Source: Selaginella moellendorffii
Taxonomy: Eukaryota; Plantae; Lycopodiophyta
Direction: 5' to 3'
Length of the DNA: 64,000 nucleotides
Assembly: GCF_000143415.4 (NCBI RefSeq)
Contig: NW_003314370.1
Span: forward strand, 489,517-553,516
The notes beneath the pieces are model-generated. The model made no database searches, had not been told where the DNA came from, and worked only from the letters and a program-made list of their open reading frames with translations. Shown piece by piece: positions 61,050 through 64,000 of this stretch. The number at the start of each line of letters is the position of its first letter. Position 1 is the first letter of the stretch. The position numbers and the translations under genes are program-made.

Positions 61050-63830
61050 AAGATTCCTCAGAAAAATGAGTTATGAAAGAAAGAACTTTATCAAAACAAG
61101 GTGACATTTTCTTTTTGTAAGTCTTTTAGGAGTGGTCTTTGTCTTCTTTACACTACACCAAGTCGAAGGATTGCATAGGGCATTGGATATGGAGGTGTGT
61201 GATCGTCTCTCCTTGTTTTTTCTTTCTTCCTTTCGTTTTTCCTTTTCATTCACATAAGCTCCCATAGGATAAGAAGCTCTTGAGTAACATTGTGGCTTTG
61301 TTAGTTTTTGTAGCTGGTTTATAAGGTTTGGATTTAGTACTTTGCCACTGGAAACATAGAGTCTTTGCAAATACAAATGTAGGGACAGTGTCGTCTAGAA
61401 TCCTGTGAGACAACAACTCCTCCAGCACCTTAAACTTCTACTTCTGACCAGAGAGAAGATTTTCATCACTACAAATCTGTAGTGAAAGCATCTTCAAGCT
61501 CTATTGATAGTGGCGGCCCTGGACAAGGTAGTTGAGTCCAAAGAAAGTTGTTTAAAATGTTGAGCGAGATATCTTTGGCTTGATGTTTTCACTTTACAGG
61601 GTTGGCTAAGGAAAACTTCACACATCCAATGACAAGTCTCTAAAAAGTCAGTGGACTCAAAGATGGTTTGAAGTAGTTTATAACTTTATTTCTCGTTGGG
61701 ACATTTTTTTTATATACCTTGATGCAAGTTCTACTTGAAAGGATTTCTTTTGAGCTACAACAAGGTAGAGGAGAGCTCAATATCACCAGATTGGATATCC
61801 AGGGCTAAGAACCAAAGCAAACCTTTGATGTATGTGTGCGTTATTTCTTCTAAGCTGCTTTGTTTTTTTTTTGTAAGCTATCCAGTAGGATCCAGTAGGA
61901 GCACGGTCATTCAGAACCCTCACTGGGGTGACAAGAGCCTTAATTTAGCAAATTGCAAGCTCAATGATAAAGAGATGTCAAAGATACAAGGATTTTTAGT
62001 GACCATGTCCATGTCTCTAAAGGTCACCCTTGAAAGACGTGACTTTAGCATAAGTATAAAGTAGTCGCAATGTGAAATGCTATCGCTATTAGTATTTTGT
62101 TGACGCTACAGGAGAATATAATTCGAGGAAAAAGGTGCATACCATGAAGTTTTGCTGCTAATGGTATGCTTTCTAGATCCTCTCCGCTAGACAGCTTCTT
62201 CATGCTTTTCAAATTCGAGTCCTAGCTCAAATTTTTGATTGCCATAGTGATTTTGACCATGGCTTTTCCAACCCTTTTGTCAAGAGCACTACAAGAGCAT
62301 AGACGGCTTCAAACATCTAGTTCAAACAAATCAGCAACAAACTTGAAATTTGGAATTGCTCGTGGCTCAAGCTCTTTCACATTCATTTCCTTGCGCACTT
62401 ACTACAAGATGGGGTTTAGCATCTAGTACAGAAAGCAATACACTATATCCTTCACCCAACTTCTCTGAAGTCCTCAAGGAACTCCCTATCCGGGTGCACA
62501 ATGATCATTTTCCTAGATTCTAGTGTTAGGCATACAATGTTAAAGTGGTAGATTACCTGAGAAGGGCTTTCAGAGGCAACTTGTGTTTCTTGCGTATTAG
62601 TTCTCTTGCGAATTTTAGGTTATTGTGCAATGCAATTAGTAGCAATCTTATGAGTCGTCCATAGGATTGCTATTTTGTGTGCTTTGAAATCTAGAAATTG
62701 TTAAGAGAAGCACTACAAAATTTCACAAATAGATATTTATATTATAGAGAAAGCAATTGAAAAATAGACAAAAGACAAGTGTATCTATTTCTGGTTGTTG
62801 GCAATTTCCATGGCTGAATTATTTGGTGTCTCAAAATGGACAATAATATTTGCCTCATTCAATAGAAAGAACCTTGTTGGTTTTGAAGACAGATAAATAA
62901 CAATCTTTTCTAGGGACTCCGTAGCAAACTTGACTATAGACCCTTCATCCAAATTATAAATTTTATCCACCATTTTATCATGCACTGTAACTCTATACTC
63001 CATCATGTCATTTGATATAATAGAACTAGTTATTGTAACTGATTTATGAGGGATGGAACATGCTTTACACTTTGTGCAAACAACAAAAGCATCTTCCCTC
63101 TCCTCTAACGTTGTGAACGAGCAAAATAAGCAAAGACTTTTAGCTTGAGTGAGGCTTTGTTGGTTGTCAGGGATAAAATATTCACTAATCTGTATAATTG
63201 GAAGTTAGAGTTGAAAGGAGATATAAACAATTTACATTACCTTGTAAGTAGGAGTGAGGCCACAGTGCATTTTATAAACTTCATTGAGCCTCTAAATTTC
63301 GTTTGAATCAACTAGTGGCAAAAATAAAATACTTCCAAGTGTTGCTAAATCACCTAACACACTCATGCTTTTCATAATATTAAAAAATGAAAAATTTGGC
63401 ATGTATCAACATGTAAATTTGCTACAATATGATGATATTGCTCTTCATACTCCAGATGCATATAGAGCTGTGAAAAATATCTTAGAAATAGAAAATTAAA
63501 TAGAAAAAAATATTACCACAGTTACGTCCAATGGATTATCAGAAGAAGCAATCTTTATTTTAGGAAGAATACTAGTGTTGATTACAACAGCATGTATAGC
63601 TTGTGGATAAACACTAGTAGCCATTAAAGATGATATAGAAGCACCTCTAGTTGGCTGTAATCTTAGTTTAACATGAAAATCATCTATAATTTGAATGATA
63701 GAAGAATCTATAATATAAAGAACTTTTTCTGAAGTTCCATAGTGGTAAATTGTCTGAAGTGAGAGAATTATAATCTTGTTAATTTTTTTAAAAACATTAT
63801 GAACCTTGTAAGTGAGAAACATTTGCCAAC
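61050..63830 (-). pseudogene. Decayed multi-exon sequence of unknown family (partly deleted in copy A)
   Basis: Short minus-strand ORFs (62785-63006, 63496-63822) with GT-AG intron-like breaks and many stops; no recognisable motif. Confidence 0.35.
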
Positions 63831-64000
63831 TATAAATTTATTATATAATCACGCACATATGGATGAATTGCCATATACAGTTAAAGTTTGCAAGCCATGC
63901 ATATTTGTACAATCCATTATATAAGTTAAATATTTTGCACTTCACAGAGTGTTCTTTGCAAAATGAACTTTATAAGTTCCATACCTAGGCTGTCCATCAA

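Larger units (their letters stand above)
52694..63990 (+). repeat. Segmental duplication, copy B
   Basis: Matches 39808-49374. Confidence 0.95.

Overview
Eukaryotic land-plant genomic DNA, most likely the lycophyte Selaginella. This is inferred from 45-75 bp GT-AG introns, very tight gene spacing, S-motif-rich PLS-class PPR genes and a cilia-associated FAM228-like gene. The left half (1-32.6 kb) is a dense run of intron-containing genes: PPR, P2B Ca2+-ATPase, a Uma2-like+ankyrin gene, PIRL, a second PPR, APX, a CYP72-clan P450 with a decayed tandem copy, GST2N, FAM228-like, a small orphan ORF, AKR2, ELF4-like, OSCP, A_thal_3526 family, KMS1/VMP1 and a DUO1-like MYB fragment. The right half is transposon-rich: decayed Ty3/Gypsy elements, a 100-N gap, and a direct segmental duplication (39808-49374 vs 52694-63990; offset 12,886 bp in the genic part). 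Each copy carries an LRR-RLK fragment, an intronless NIF/SCP-type HAD phosphatase, an 11-exon gene and an endonuclease-bearing Helitron (Helentron) remnant. The 11-exon gene splices in frame into a 635-aa protein joining a degenerate pantothenate-kinase (fumble) domain to a GCN2/eIF2-alpha-type protein kinase. The two strongest novelty candidates are (1) this PanK-like/GCN2-kinase chimera with its adjacent phosphatase, possibly a CoA/pantothenate-sensing kinase module, and (2) a bacterial-type Uma2 (PD-(D/E)xK fold) domain fused to ankyrin repeats, with an NLS-like exon and a W-box cluster. Gene models were spliced by hand. Family calls rest on recalled motifs, not database searches.
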